From assembly GCA_965649765.1 (NCBI GenBank), contig OZ287752.1, positions 53,196,001 to 53,260,000 on the forward strand: a stretch of 64,000 nucleotides of DNA, written 5' to 3'. The stretch is from Bispira polyomma. Lineage: Eukaryota. A model generated the notes under the pieces. That model saw only the letters and a program-made list of their open reading frames with translations. It was not told the DNA's origin and searched no databases. Positions within the stretch are counted from its first letter, which is position 1. The number at the start of each line of letters is the position of its first letter. Both the position numbers and the translations under genes were made by a program. Below are positions 24,701-39,700 of the stretch, one piece after another.

Positions 24701-27700
24701 ACCAGAAAAGAAGGAGGATTGATTCTCCCTCTACTGAGAGAAATAGCCTCAGCAGGGACAGATATTCCCCCCCCCCCAATTAAAACCACTGTATTTGAAG
24801 AGTAAAAACTTATACAGAAAGAAATTAAGTTTGGCAACCAACATCCATCTTATAAAAGACAACCTAAAGAATGGAAAGTTTCCAGTACAGGTGAACTTCA
24901 AGTGTACACCACTATCTCCAACAGATGAGGTCTTCAAAACTAAATGGACTGAAAGTGTTAACACTTGTAGAAGAGTGTTAACACTACAGCTAACTATTGG
25001 AGAAACCAAAAGACCATACTTTCAGACAAACAAATCCACTCCTGTCTCCAGGCACTTCACACAGAACAATCATTCTGTGAAACACATGGAGTTCAGCATT
25101 TTCCAGTGGATGGGAAAGGATAATACACCAGATTCCACTGAAAGGCGTAAACGCCAGGAATTATATTTAATCTGGGCCTTCCCAACCACATACCCAGCAG
25201 GCATCAATTTGTATGAGTTGTATGCCCTCTTATCACACCCATAACCCAGGTGTACCTGTTTTTATATAAACATTATAAACAGTGGAATATTTGACTGGGC
25301 AGAAATATATCTATTATTTTATTGATTTTGGCCCTAAAGAGTCTTAGCAGTGTAAGGGCTTTTTGAAAGTATTTTAGACGTGCATCAGCATACGCTGAAA
25401 TTTCTATCCTATGTAAGCTAAGTTTGGACTTTATAGCGGCTAGGTAATTAACTATAGAAGGTTGAGATACTTTGTTGGCTACTGACACTTGTAGGAATAG
25501 CAGTAATAGCAATGGAGAAATGTCATTTTTTTATTTTTAATTGGAATTTTAATCGTAGTGACTCAAAGGGCACTACATCCCATGTGGACTCTAAAATATC
25601 TTTGAGTTGAATTTTTGGTTGACCAACATGATAACTTTTCTTTGGTTGTTTAAAATTGAGCTTTTCCTGTCCTATGTTTAATAATTCCCAGGACAATATT
25701 TTGGGGAGTTTAAGGTCACTTAGTGGGATAAATCTAAATTTGCCTTGTACTTGCTGATTCCAACATTGAAGCACCTTGTTATTTTTGGCTTGTGTTACTA
25801 TGTCACGGTGCCGTTTTTTAACTTGTAGTTCCAAGTTTTACTTGTCTTCGTTAACACAATTGACATATTGTTCATACACAGGCACCTTTTGTGGTGTGTC
25901 ATTGTTGGTTGTGTTATCATTGTTCTCGATTTCTTTAGCTGGGCTAAAGTAGGTGTTTGTTTTTTTACTAGCCGATATTTGATGGGGGAACGGACTGGCC
26001 CGGTTTTGTGGTCCTGACCACTTCATTTGCACTTTTCTTGGAGGTGTAATTCTGACATTGTATTACCTCTTTATTTACATCGGCCCCACTGCACTTGAAA
26101 ATTTTGGCTTTTACATTATATTTGGTCTGCTTATTGTTCTCCCCTACCTAAAGGTTTCTGGCAGAATTGTTGACATATAAAATACTGTTTGCACCTTTAT
26201 TTTAGGGCCATGACTGGAGGGACCAAGATTAGCTTGCCTGTGGCCAACCTTCTTTAAACCTTTACTTAGTAGCTGAGCATATGATTTTTTTTGGACTTTT
26301 ATACACTCGGCCCTCCAGTTGTGGCTGACATTATGGTTAACATGTATATTATATATAAGTCTGATTCGTGTGTGACCTTCCCTGTCCATCGGGATTTGGT
26401 TATTTTGGAAACTATTTACATTACTTTGTTGCACTGCCCGATTGCAGTGCCCTATTCATTTTTTGTTGTACTGGCTCCTCCAGTTTTTCCTTTTCTGCAA
26501 TCTTTTGATGCATGATTATGGGATTTTCCAAAGGTCAGGCACTGACACCCAACCTAAACACCCAATGGGCCATGGAAATGCTGTCATAGTTTATTCTAGT
26601 TTTGGTTTGTTGGCCTAGAATATGGTTTTGAGGCAATGGAATTTGTTTACGCACCCATACAGTCGCAGAACCCCCCTCTGGGATTTGAAATTACCTGACT
26701 CATTGATGTCATGAAGTTCACAAAGTGTCACATCCACTGCTGTCTGGAGATGATCCAAATGCCTGAGCAAACTCATAGAGTTTACGCGGTGCCATTTTAT
26801 ATTTTTTATATCTCTGCAAAATAAAATAATCACAACATGCTTTGATATCTGTGTATATGTATAGGTTGAGGTTAAAATTAAGGTGTATAATAATGTAAAA
26901 TGACTAGAAACAACAGTTAAAATTGTTGCCTAAATAGACTAAAATACGTTCCTTAAAATGTTGCTCCCACAACCAAGCCAGACCAATATGCGCATGTATC
27001 AAAGCATTGATAATATGAAACACTGTAATCGGGATCCTCGTAGTTGGTCAAATCATCCATAGTATCACTGGTGAGTAAGTGTTCCTTTGTCAAATATTTT
27101 TTATAAGCAGATTTAAAAATTGCGTCTTGCCTCTTAAACTTCATAATTGGAAGTGAAGTCCCAAGGTTCTGAGTGGGAGATTCTTGCTAAGTAGATTAAA
27201 TTAAATCCAATTACATTCAAGGGCATAAAAACAAGAATGGCTTCTTTTTTAACTCATGTTAGCACTACCCCAATTAGCCCCGAGGGCTACCTTGCAAAGT
27301 GTCATCTTGTATTTGCCAATGGTCAACACTTCACACGTTTGAAGCAATGTTTTCAAAACCACCTCAGGCTCTGTGTTGAAGATAACACAACAGAAAAAAC
27401 AAACAGGTCTTACAAGATTAATAAAGTTTAATGTTAGTTTGATTTTCAATTAATAAACAGAAGGGTTAATTTAATATCAATCTTTTATCTTTTTGGTCAG
27501 CAGCAGGCTTGATTACTGCAACTCTCTGTTCCGTTCCTTATCTCGTAGTGATCTCAGATGCCTTCAGAATATCCAACACTCATTGGCACATATTGTTACC
27601 AAAACATCTAAATTTTCCCACATTACTCCTGTACTCAAGTCACTGCACTGGCTCCCAATAAAATATCGTGTTGATTTCAAAACAGCAACAATAATATATA

Positions 27701-30700
27701 AATTTCTAAATTCTGGATTACCCACTTATTTTAGCCCCCATCTATCCAAATATACATGCTCAGTCAGGACTAGGCGCAGTAACCCTGATAAATTATACCT
27801 TAACATTCCCACCTTCGACCCTCGCATCCACAAATCCAAAGTTCAGTTCAATCACTGCCTAGCTCATGATGGCCCCCTCATTTGGAACAGCCTACCTGAT
27901 CATGTTCGCCTGGCTCAAACTTTCTCCTCTTTCAGGAGTAAGCTGAAGGCCTATCTTTTTGAACAGGCTTTTCCACCTTAGCCGTCGCAACCATCTACGG
28001 TAGTCTCCCTGGTTACGACTTCCATCCGCCCACTATTTTTGATTTGCGATTAACGTTTTGGGTTTGTTGCGCCTTAGAATTTGTTGTACAAAGATTAAGC
28101 GCTATAAAAGTACGACTAGATTAGATTAAATTAGATTAGATCCAAATGTTAAACGAAGGTTAGTATCTAAAACATGGTTATAATAAACCATTGCTATTCT
28201 AAGTGATTCTGAATGAATGATAAACCATGAAAGCTTTTAGGGGGACATTATGAAACAAAACACACAGTATAGATTTAAACTAATATCAAAAACACATTTT
28301 ATCGCTCTCTCTTTACATATATTTGGTCCAGTTCCACTGTTACCTCCTTCCAAAAGCACTTCAAAAGTCACATATTTACATTATCCTCCCTACTTAATGC
28401 CTCCCAGGTCCAAGGTTAAAATCTCCCTGGATTACTAACCCTTTTATGACCCACAGGTTTCGAGTTTTCCGAAATTTTGGTTTAAACTTTGTCTTTTAAG
28501 ATATTATGTCTGCAAAGACTTATTCCTTACGAGTTCTATGTATTTTCTGTCACTCACAAGGACTAGCACAGAAGTGAGCACAGGTGTAAAATACCTCATG
28601 TGCAATGTAAACAACAGTAATTATACTTTAATATTATTTCCTTCAGAGACTTCTGTAATGAAGAATATGAGGTAACTGTTAGGACGATAACCTACTCCTA
28701 TGTGTGGAGAAACTGATGGTACTACAGACCCTGCCAATATTATTATTACTGGTGGTACTTCCATTACTACTGGAGATACTGGCACTGCAGGTAAGTTACA
28801 GCCTATGGGCTGACATAAACAGAAGATGAGCTGACAAATGTTTGAACATTGTCCTTGAACAAGTACAAACAAGGGATTGTATTTGTAGTTTAACCACAAC
28901 AACTAGCGACAGTGACTTTCTTGGTTAGATGATATTTGGCTAAATGTTGCTTTCAACACTTATGTTTTGTAAAGCACCAGGAAGTTCAGTGGTGGAGGGA
29001 ATCAGGGTAACTAATCAAAAAATTATGTTCTGCAGATGACCAGCCTTCAGAAAGTCTATTGTCAAAGACCTGAAATGTTTGAAATGTCACAACAGATTAC
29101 TGTGCGCTGCATACATCAAAGCTGCACTGTGACAATAGCATTTACTATAATGGCCCAATCTATCTGGTGATGCTATATCTTTCAAAAAGAAACTGTCAAC
29201 ATACCTCTTCAGCAAATTTTTCCCAACCTAACAAAGTTTTTCTGTGTTCAGAAATCAACGTGACATTTTCAACAATATTTCCAACCCTAGATGTTTCACT
29301 TCATCTGTATTGTTGGTTTTTACCTTTTGACATCCAATTGACCAATGATTTGTATAATATATCTTTTCATATAATGGTAAACAGTTTGCCCATTTTTTTC
29401 ATTTCAGATATCTTTACAGCTGCCGAAGATGGAGGGCTCATTATTCCTACAGGACAGAGACACGGACCAGAAAAGTCTGCTGTGAGGGTTACAAAGGGAC
29501 AAGATGTGACATACGTATGTATAGTACACTGCTATACATACATTATCCATTTAAATTTTTATCAAACATATATCTGTTAGTTGTAAAATAAGCATGGCAA
29601 TTCAACAGATGATTATTTTACAAATTAAATTGGAAATAAATTTATAAAAAGAATCAGGGAAATAACTGAATTCATGTTAAACCTGATCAAGGTTAAATTA
29701 AGAAACTCTAATTTTAATATAGCCTTAATACAAAATGCAAATAACAACCTAAAATAACAACCTCAGTGTGCCAGGTTTAACCAGTTGCATCATCCAATTT
29801 ATAGAATTGTCTCCTTTGTGCTATTCAATCTTTTTCTTCAAACTATGTCTGCAAAGCATATTCAACTGTGTCATAATCTCCTGACCATCAATGGCAGCAA
29901 TATTGTTTCAAGCATATTGCCAAATTATTAGAACCGATAGTACAAATAATTAGTACAAAGTAATAGTAAATAGAACAATATAAATGCTGTGTAATTGATT
30001 ATGTTGTATTTCTATCATATGTGTGTTTGCAGCAATTTGTACAGAATGCAAGAATAATGGTGTGTGCACTGCACCAGATGTATGTTTCTGCCCAGCGGGA
30101 ACAACAGGATCAAACTGTGAACTTAGTGAGTACATGAACACAACTAATCTTCAGTATTTTAGGCAGTATCATAATAGGCGGTATTTATGATAGTAATAAT
30201 GATAGACAGCCATTGTGTTAAATAGATTTGTGCTTGTGTGGTTGTCCATTATTCAACAAGAAATGTCATCCATTATTGATCAAACTAAGTACAAGTGTGA
30301 TGACTCTATTTCATTTTATGTACATGAGTATTACTATGGTATTTGGGTAATGTTGTTGCTGTGCCTCTCATTGTCAGAAACCTGTGGGGCAGACAATGAC
30401 TGCTATCCTGGAAATTGTGATACCAGCTCAAACCAGTGCATATGTGCTTCAGGATTTACTGGACCAAACTGTGAAAATAGTAAGGCTATCCAGATTCTTC
30501 TTCAAAATTACATATACATATGAAAATTTAACTATTTAGCTAATAAATTAGGAAATTATGATATGTGTTGATATTTCAGCTTTAAATTATACAAAAGTGA
30601 AAAGAAATTCCAGTAAACATCTTTACATAAAATTTAGAATTAGTAAAATGTTCTTTCAATCTAAAATTTCCACTTATGCAGTATATGCAATTTCTTGTAA

Positions 30701-33700
30701 TAAGTATGACAGCTCTATGGAACTTGTCTCATACTTTTACTAACATTGTGGGGGTTTCAGTGGTCCTTAATATATTAAAAAGAAGTACAACAAAGCCACA
30801 TGAACTATACTTAACAAATTAACATATTAAATATTTGTTTTTTTAAGAAACTATGAGATAACATTATTCAATGTTCTCACATGTAAATGGATTGGTATGA
30901 TGTATAATTGTGAGTAAAGACAATGCTTCTAGCTAAATTTCACCTGAAACTCTCTATTTACTATGGGAGTTTGGGTAAAACAGAATATTGCCAGAGTATG
31001 CCAGCAAATGTTTATATTTGAGTTTCTTATTCTGTCCTCAATTAGATAGTTGGTTTTCATTGATGAATATGTGAATCAATGTGTATTTTTAATTTAGTGA
31101 AGGATGCTGGAATATTGAAAGAGTGTAGTGTCCAATTTCAAAACGCAGCTTTGGAGGATATCCTTTCTGGGGAATGTGGTAAAGATACATACGGCAGAAC
31201 ACAACAGCATTATACAAGTGTGAGGCTACCCAAATGGCTGGTTGCTAACTATAAAGTGTCCTTCGACAATATCGATGATTTACCTGGAACGCCATCTTGG
31301 ATAAGTGAAGCACCCCTTGGCCTTACAGAATCTTATGTCACGCCATATCTATATAACACAGGTAAGAGTGTTTATATTATTATTTTATTATTATTGTTAT
31401 AATTGAGCATTTATGTAGCAATTATACCAGTCATTTATATACTGTTGAAATATCATACCCTAAGTTGCTGATTCTGTGAAATGGTGAGTTCTATGACATA
31501 AACCTGACATCATCAGTAAGCATCAGAATGCATTTGTGGGAGTCGAACCAGGCTTTTTTATCACCAGAACAAATCCCTAACCACTACTCCACAGTAAACC
31601 ACAAATGCCTTTCATTCAATGTTGTTTGTAAAAGTTTATTACAGGGGAAACTGGTAGAACTACTATGATGGTGGTCTACCTGATAACCCACAGACACATG
31701 GTGCCTTGGTTGACTACTTACAATGATAGCCCTTAGTTATTGGGTCTTTTCCTCCTTTGAAAAATGGTCATAACTTGTGGCTGCATTTAGGAAGTGGGGT
31801 GCGGTAAAAGTAAAAACATATAGTACTTTCTAATCTCAGAAAGCATAAAGTTACTTGGTGGTTTTCTCAATGATAGGCCAAAAAGTGTACACCTCTAGGT
31901 TAAATATGGTAAACAGATTATTAGTTACAGCAATACATTACACAATATTTGTCTTGTTTTAAATTTAAATAACAAATATCTAACATCAAAAATATTTTAT
32001 AAGTGATATTAAGGTCATTGACTGGCTAAATGACCACACTTTTTTACATTGACACACACATTTAGTAGTTAATACATTTTCATTGTTGTTTAAACAGATG
32101 GTACCAATATATGGACAGGAGAAAAGATCAAATGTGTAGTTGCTGGGGCTCAAGGTGAAAAGCAGCCAAGCCAAGATAATCCATATCTAACAATGAACTG
32201 TGACAATATCAAGGAGACTTGGGCATTCAATGTCGGGCACCAATACAAACTGACGTTAGAAATTGAATCCACTTCAGGTGGTTTTAAGAAATATCTGGCC
32301 GAGAATAATGTTGCAATGACAATGCCCTTTACCGGAACAACTGAGAGAGAAGAAGTGGTAGATATCATATTTGATCTGGAACCTCCAGTGCATTGTAAAA
32401 CAACAGGAACTTGCACAGATGAAAATGAAAACCCTTGTGAATTTTTTCCTGATATAACAAAGGTTAGACAGTGGGTTCAAAATAATTATACATGCTTCTT
32501 ATATGCAGATACTGATGTCATTTAGTTATCATTCATATTTACAAATATAAGTACAATACTTCTGAATTACAAATTACAAAGTAAACATTTCACTGTAAAT
32601 TGCCTTTTTTGAAATTATATTGACCTACTTAACAGAATATATTTTTTGGAATAAACAAGTAAGTCATACTGCATGTTTATCATATAAACATGTTTTTCAA
32701 ATTTTATACTTATTTTCCTGTAAAAATTATGCCTCAAAAATAAATATCTTTAAAATATAAAAATGTTGGTAGTTAGCACAGGAGAATGTATTTCCTCACT
32801 ATTAGCTGTTATTATTATTACTATTAAATCATTTTTAAAGTATCATATCAATGCATTATCCTCTACAGCACTTATTCTGTGAAAGAGATAGTCCTACAAC
32901 ACAGACTTGTATGTCATCAGTAGGGAATCACATATTCCCATATTGTTTGCGGATGTTATAGCCCAATGAACCTTATGGTATTATCAAGAGTGTATTTCTT
33001 GGGGCCTTACAATCATCAGACCAACTGCTCTAACTGAGAGTCGAACTGGACATTCTGGTCACCAGAAAAACTGATTTTTGATCACTCTTGATAATTTATT
33101 CATTATCTACATAACAATATACAATATATTGTGTTGTAATATATTTAATATACTTCTGTTTCACACAGCGTGGCAGTGTGTCACTAGAATGGGATGGGTG
33201 GAATGATACTGATTGTGGACTGGATTCCTACAGTTACACAGTCTACAAAATGGAGAAAGATGATAGTGGTCAGTTAATTGAAGGGGACAAATACATACCA
33301 AGAACCACACTGTCTGTTTTAGACTCTATGCCAGATGTATCACTAGACACACCAGGTAATTTGTCAAGTGGTCTGGTCATTTATCTGCCATAAGTTTTCA
33401 TACATTTACACAATATTGTTACAACCCTTATCAACTTTTGATACCATTGAAGATGGTTTACTTTTAGGCACTCTTAAACAGTGGTTAAGAGTTGATAGTA
33501 TTGTCCTTGATTGGAATTCGTCCTATCTTGCTCTCAGAACCAAAAACGCAAATTGGATTATCCCTTCTCACCCTCTTTCAGCCTACCTTTTAGATTACTC
33601 AGGGGCTGTTACTTGAATCTCTACTTTTTACACCCTACACATATCCTGTCAGCACTGTCTTCAATAATCATAGTGTTACACACCATGTGAATGCTTATGA

Positions 33701-36700
33701 CACACACATCTTTCTTTCTCCCTGCCGTTAAAATCCCCATTCAAATCTATGTCTACTTGTGGTCTCCCCTTTTGGAGAAATAACTCCAAATTGTAATTTA
33801 TTCTTAAGAAAACTAAATTTACTCTCATTAGGATCATTATTCTCCATTCCACTATTACCTTCTAATATTGTCACAAACCTTATGTTAATATAGTGTTAAT
33901 ATTGATTCTGATTTCGCTTTTGAAGTGCATCAGTAACTTTTGTCACTTGTAGTACAATAATATTTGTGATATAAAACAAATTAGAAATCACTTGTCATTG
34001 GATGCTGCTATTACTGCCGATACCGCCCTTGTAAGTAGCCACATTGACTATTCCCTTTGCTTTGGGATAAAAATACTCACACAAACTAATCCAAATCAGT
34101 TGCTTAAATGGGATAGAAGCGGGAAATAAGCATTGACATATTCGTCATTAGTAATTAAATGACTTAACCTGATTGTAAAAAAAATCACAGGTCTCTACAG
34201 TGTCATACTAGAAGTTACAGATGCTGTAGGGAATAGTTCCAAGGCCAGAAGTTTGCTTCTGTATGACAACTCTAGTGTCATTGAGGTGATCGATGACAAT
34301 CCCTTGAGTATATCCGGTGCCATATTAGTTGGATCTCATTACTGGATTGTGAACCCACAGGATAAACTGGAGATCAGGTGGCCAAATAGGTAGTCCATTT
34401 TAGAATTACACGAATACTACTACTGATAATACATCATTTAATTGCATTTATAATACGCATATATTAACTGTATACAACATATCATTCTATATAAATATTG
34501 TAAGGTCAGTATTTCATTGAAATGTCTAAGCAATGAGTGAAAAATGATATTGGCTATACTGGCACTAAGTAAACTACTTGATGAACACTTAATTAATTCC
34601 TCGCTATTTGTAGATATATCAACAGATTCCTCCATGACAATAGTTACTTGGTGGGGGTGAAAGGTATGGCAGGGGTCTTGGATGATAAATATGGAAATTT
34701 GACTACTGCCAAGATACCCAATTCTCAAGGAATAACCAAATTTGGAGTGCTTGTAACGTCAGAAGACAATACACCAAAGGAAGAAGATTTCAGTTCTGTT
34801 GATGTTACAAATCCTTTTTATGTCAGTTCCATTGAACAGAAATTAGGTTCGGTCATTTATGTCAATGTGTTCTCTAAAGATATCCTGGGAAATGCACAGG
34901 TATGACATTATAGACTTTTAGTAATAATAAACATATAACATGGCTTGTTTTGGGATAAATGGTTCAAATATGGACAAACTTTATTAAAGGTCAACTTGGA
35001 TTTATAATTTTTATTAATGGTTAAATGTCTGAGGCCAAATAATAACACAAGTTAGGAATATTTTTTGTAATACATTATGATACAGATGACTGTGGTGGTG
35101 TAATGGTGAGACACTCGCCTCCCACCTGTATCATGGGTTCTAATCTCAGCTCAAGCAAATGGGTGAGAAACTTTTTGGGGTGGAAATTTTTTTGAAGGTC
35201 GATGCAGAAAACCTTAACCAGTTATTTTGTTCTGATTTTCTCTACCAGTTAACTGCATATTGGCACAAATGTGTTGAAGGGGCATTGAATCAAAACTAAA
35301 CACGTTAACATAAAAAAATCTGGTGGTATTTTGGCTTAGTAAATTTCAAACCATTAAAATATTTCCAAAAAGATTTTGTTCTGCCTAAAAATAAAACAAT
35401 TTAAAACACAGATTTGCGGTAATCAGTACTGATGTTTAATTTATATGATTTGTACCAGGTTGAGAATGTTCCTATTGGAGTAGACATATCGAAAGCTGAA
35501 CTTGATGATCAGGAGGTTTATTTTACTAAAAATGAGAATGTCACAGTGGGTGATATACCTTATGTATCCAGGTAATCTTCAATTTGTTGTATAATACATG
35601 CTGAAACTTATTACAATATCTTCTTATGTACAAGTATAATAATTGTTACCACCTCTGCCATCTGGGTTCGAATCTCGGTCATGTATGCAGGAGAGTACCT
35701 GGCATGAGCAAGAAAATGTTTGACATCTAATGTTGCCAGTAAATGGTATGTTTATAAGAAGGCCACTATATCATACATCTTCAGTGTCAAATAAAAAGAA
35801 CCATAAATAAGATTCACTCCAAACTTTAGTTGGTTGTGAAATTCTGGTGGCAAACAATGTGCCACGATGCCTAAAATTTAAAAAAAAAAAACTTTGAATC
35901 CTCACTTTCTACTCAGATCAGCTATCAAATTTAATATATTCTTTTGTGGTCCATGCCCCATCCTTCCAACATATTTTATGTATAATTTCTTTTATTTTTG
36001 CTATAATTCTGGTGACAAACCCAAAACATTAAAACACCAGACACTGGTTAAAATATAACTTCTATTGTGTAGCTAAATATACATACACTGTAATAGTGGG
36101 AATTTTACTTAAAAAATTTGCTTTACATCTTACAAGTCATTCAATGTTTTTCATTTTCCTATTGGCTCAAATGTTCAATGCAATCTAACGTTCCTTGCCC
36201 AAGCTTATCTAATTTAGTTTGTCTCCTAGAAAGTACATTGCTAATGTTTAACATAACATATTCGAACCCACAATTCGAACTCACAGGTGAGAAAGAAGTG
36301 TGTTTGCAATACACTGCCGATGTCCAGCATTATCGTATGATGCTTTTTCACTATAAGTTGTGGAGACTGCTATTCAGAAAATGGAGAGGTTTGTAGGAAT
36401 TTTTGTTGAGAATGTACCTGTTTCTTTACAGTGTGTCTGTACAAGTTGAAGATGCACAAAGTGGAATCTTGTCCATAAATTATACAGTGCATGATGTTGT
36501 TGCTGATAATGCCATTATAATTGAGTCATCCCAGCTTGGCCAGCAACATAACAGGGTAACACAAGCATAATGCTATAATGACAAGTGCAGAAGTTTTACT
36601 CTGCTTTTACATTAGTTTTGCATGACTTTTTATGGACCTTGATTTTCATATTTTTAAGAAAGACATTTGCTGCTCATTAATAGTTGTAATATTCAAAAAT

Positions 36701-39700
36701 AATATGGAGTGATACTATTATTCACTGGAAAAGGACCATGTTGCATTCGTTCCGTGACGTTGCTTAACGGATGGTATCGTTTCGGAAACGGCTCTGTTTA
36801 GTTAGCTGCCACAATTTTTTTAAATAATCATGGCACAGCTCTCCGTTTCTAGAGGACGTCTCCACTTGTCTGTATAAGTAGCATAATGTATCAGTAAGTA
36901 GTGATATCGTCTCCACTCGTCTGTGTCCGTCATGTAACGTTTTACTAAATAGCAGAACGCAGCAGGACGCACTAGTAAGTAGCAATATAGTAGCTCTACG
37001 TAGTTGCAGGTAGTGATATCCTATTACCAAAGGGTTTCGATTTTGGCCCCCGCTCCATTTGTACAAGTACCAACATTGTCACAAAATGTCACAAAACGTC
37101 ACAATCGACTGCACCTTCATAAATATGACATCACTTTGATATGAAACAACCACGTTTTCAGTTCATATGACTTTGCTCTGTTGTGGGACGTCAACACTTG
37201 TAGGTATGACCTGGTCATGAAGGGGCTGTGAAAGTAAACACATAAACCGAGCGCCGATAAGCACGTTGTATGTGTTCAAGCTTCTGACAAACTTTTATTT
37301 TTGTGGCCTTAAACTAGATTTATGGATAACATATTTACATTTTTATGAGTTGAAATAATAAATAATGATTTTTATTTTACCTGTGTGCTGATTTATATAG
37401 GTATTTTGAGACACACAATACATGTAGCAGTGTCTAGTGTAAAATTGTAACAAATGTGGAGAATATTTTTTAAAGACATGGTTCACAAACGTGACACCAT
37501 TCCCACAAAAGAAGGAAACAATATTAAAATATTATACATTACTAGAAAAAGCAATACTTCAGCGTCATTTTGAATGATTTAAATTTTTGATTAAACACAC
37601 ACAGAGATAATTTTATGAAACCACTTTACATACTTTTATAAAATAAGGAAAATATTCAAAAAAGTAAATCACTCAAAATAATATAGATGTTTTCTTAAAG
37701 TAGGTTAGTTTACATAATATGTTGATACATGGTAAATCAATACACATAAAGTGTCACGATAGAAAGCCCTCTCTCTTAGATATGTTTACAAATATGACAT
37801 TCCACCATAGATTTGAAATTGTGTGACGTCACAATATATTTTAGAATATTTTAAACACTTTTTAACAAAATAATAAAGTTGTGAATATTATTTGCATGTA
37901 AAACTGTTAAAACTGTCAAAGAACCATTTTGAGGCCACTGTATGGGGTATATCTTCTAAAATTAAATTTGTAAACGCAGCATAATATCTCGGCAGCGCAT
38001 TTATGGGTTTACGTTCATAGCCCCTTAAATACAGCATCAATTGGGTTATTCATAAGTCATGTGACCAAACCACAGCTACTAACTGGTAGTGACCTAATAA
38101 ATGGCCTACTATGCCTTTCACGGATATAATATATATAATGATACTACCCCCCCCCCCCCTCCCCCCGTGTACTACTTGCTATGTATTCTGTTATTCCATG
38201 TAAGTATTTATTAGAAGCTTTATGTGACAGTGTGACAGTAAATTATAGGTAGACTGATTGCAAGACACTGATTTCAGCTGGATTTAGTGATAGTAAATAG
38301 AAGATTTGATAAATTATAGTTGTGATATGCCTAACACTTTGGTATCACAAATATTACCGGTTATCACATATATCTGTCACCGGCTTCATTTGCTCATTTG
38401 TGACTGATGGTGTGCCAGTCAGTCATGATATTTGTGATGGCAAAGTATCAACTATATAATAAACTACATGTATGTAATAATAAAACTAAACATGTGGGGT
38501 GACTTATAAAATTATATAAGAAAATATTTTAATAATACATGCCACAAGTTACTGTTTACTTAAATTTTTGTAACTATTTAACTAGAATTAATTACTGTTC
38601 ATGCTTTCTTTGTTTAATGTTTAAACACACCAATATTAACATACCTATGAAAAATATAAACAAACATATTATTGACATAAGGCGTATATTTTGTATAGTC
38701 CACACTTTGAGTAAATGTCTGTATAAAATCATGTAAAATGAGCTTTAAAGTCTGGGCAATTTCTGGAAATATTATAGTTTCATATCTATTATCAATTGAT
38801 ATAAAAATTCGATACAACAGTCCATTTACCATCATAGCAGAGATATTGGTAGACTCAATGAATTAATAAAGAAATAAAGTTCTGCTTTGAATATTACAAC
38901 ATCTCCTAAATTGTATGTATTTCTTCACCACAGCACAACACTGACGATGAATGTGCTTCCACTGGGGATTGTTACTGTGCATCACTGGGAGGCTGCTTCA
39001 ATAGGATCCAGAAAATTTGGCTCAATAACTGTAATCTGAAAGGTCTTGATGGACATGTATTCCAAATAGAGTTCTCAGTATACAATGGTGCTGGCATGGA
39101 AACTAGCCATAACTATTCTGTGAGGCTTTTATTTATTTTATATGCTAGCAATATCAAAATCCAATACTTTTTTAGTTTTTTTTCAAAGAATAATTGACAA
39201 TATACAAATATTGTTATACATACAGTTGCATAGAATATTATGAATTTTGTACAAGTACAACTTTATATGAAGTGTATTTACAAACACAGGAGCTATTGTC
39301 TTGTACAGCCACATTATTATTCTGTATCTTAACCTTTTAGATTGGTAAACTTGAAAACATTCAGGGTCCAGGCTACTGTAAGTATGTTTTTCTACTATCT
39401 TTGCTACATTGATCATTGTTGAAGCAAACTTTAATTTTTACTTAAAATTGATCTGTAACATGTAACTTTTCTGCATTTTGTTGTTGATCAACTAAATAAT
39501 TTAATGGATACAGAATCATACAAAATTCAATGAATGAGAAACATATTATCCCCATTTGTGAACAAGGCTATGGATCAAATTTGAACTCTATTTGTAATAT
39601 ATGACTTCCGTAACTTATAAGAACTAAACATAGGTGATACATGAATATAAATATTGGTATTATACAAATAGTATTTTATAATATTGACATTTTCTTGAAA

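Noticed and set aside
26950-27450. Short minus-strand ORFs
   Set aside because: No recognisable homology or coherent splice structure.
31540-31595. Genuine tRNA gene
   Set aside because: A and B boxes only; no complete cloverleaf, consistent with a SINE head.
32990-33025. Minus-strand ctgatga-ttg..caa-gaaa hammerhead-like core
   Set aside because: No stem I/III partners or cleavage triplet; lies within a SINE relic.
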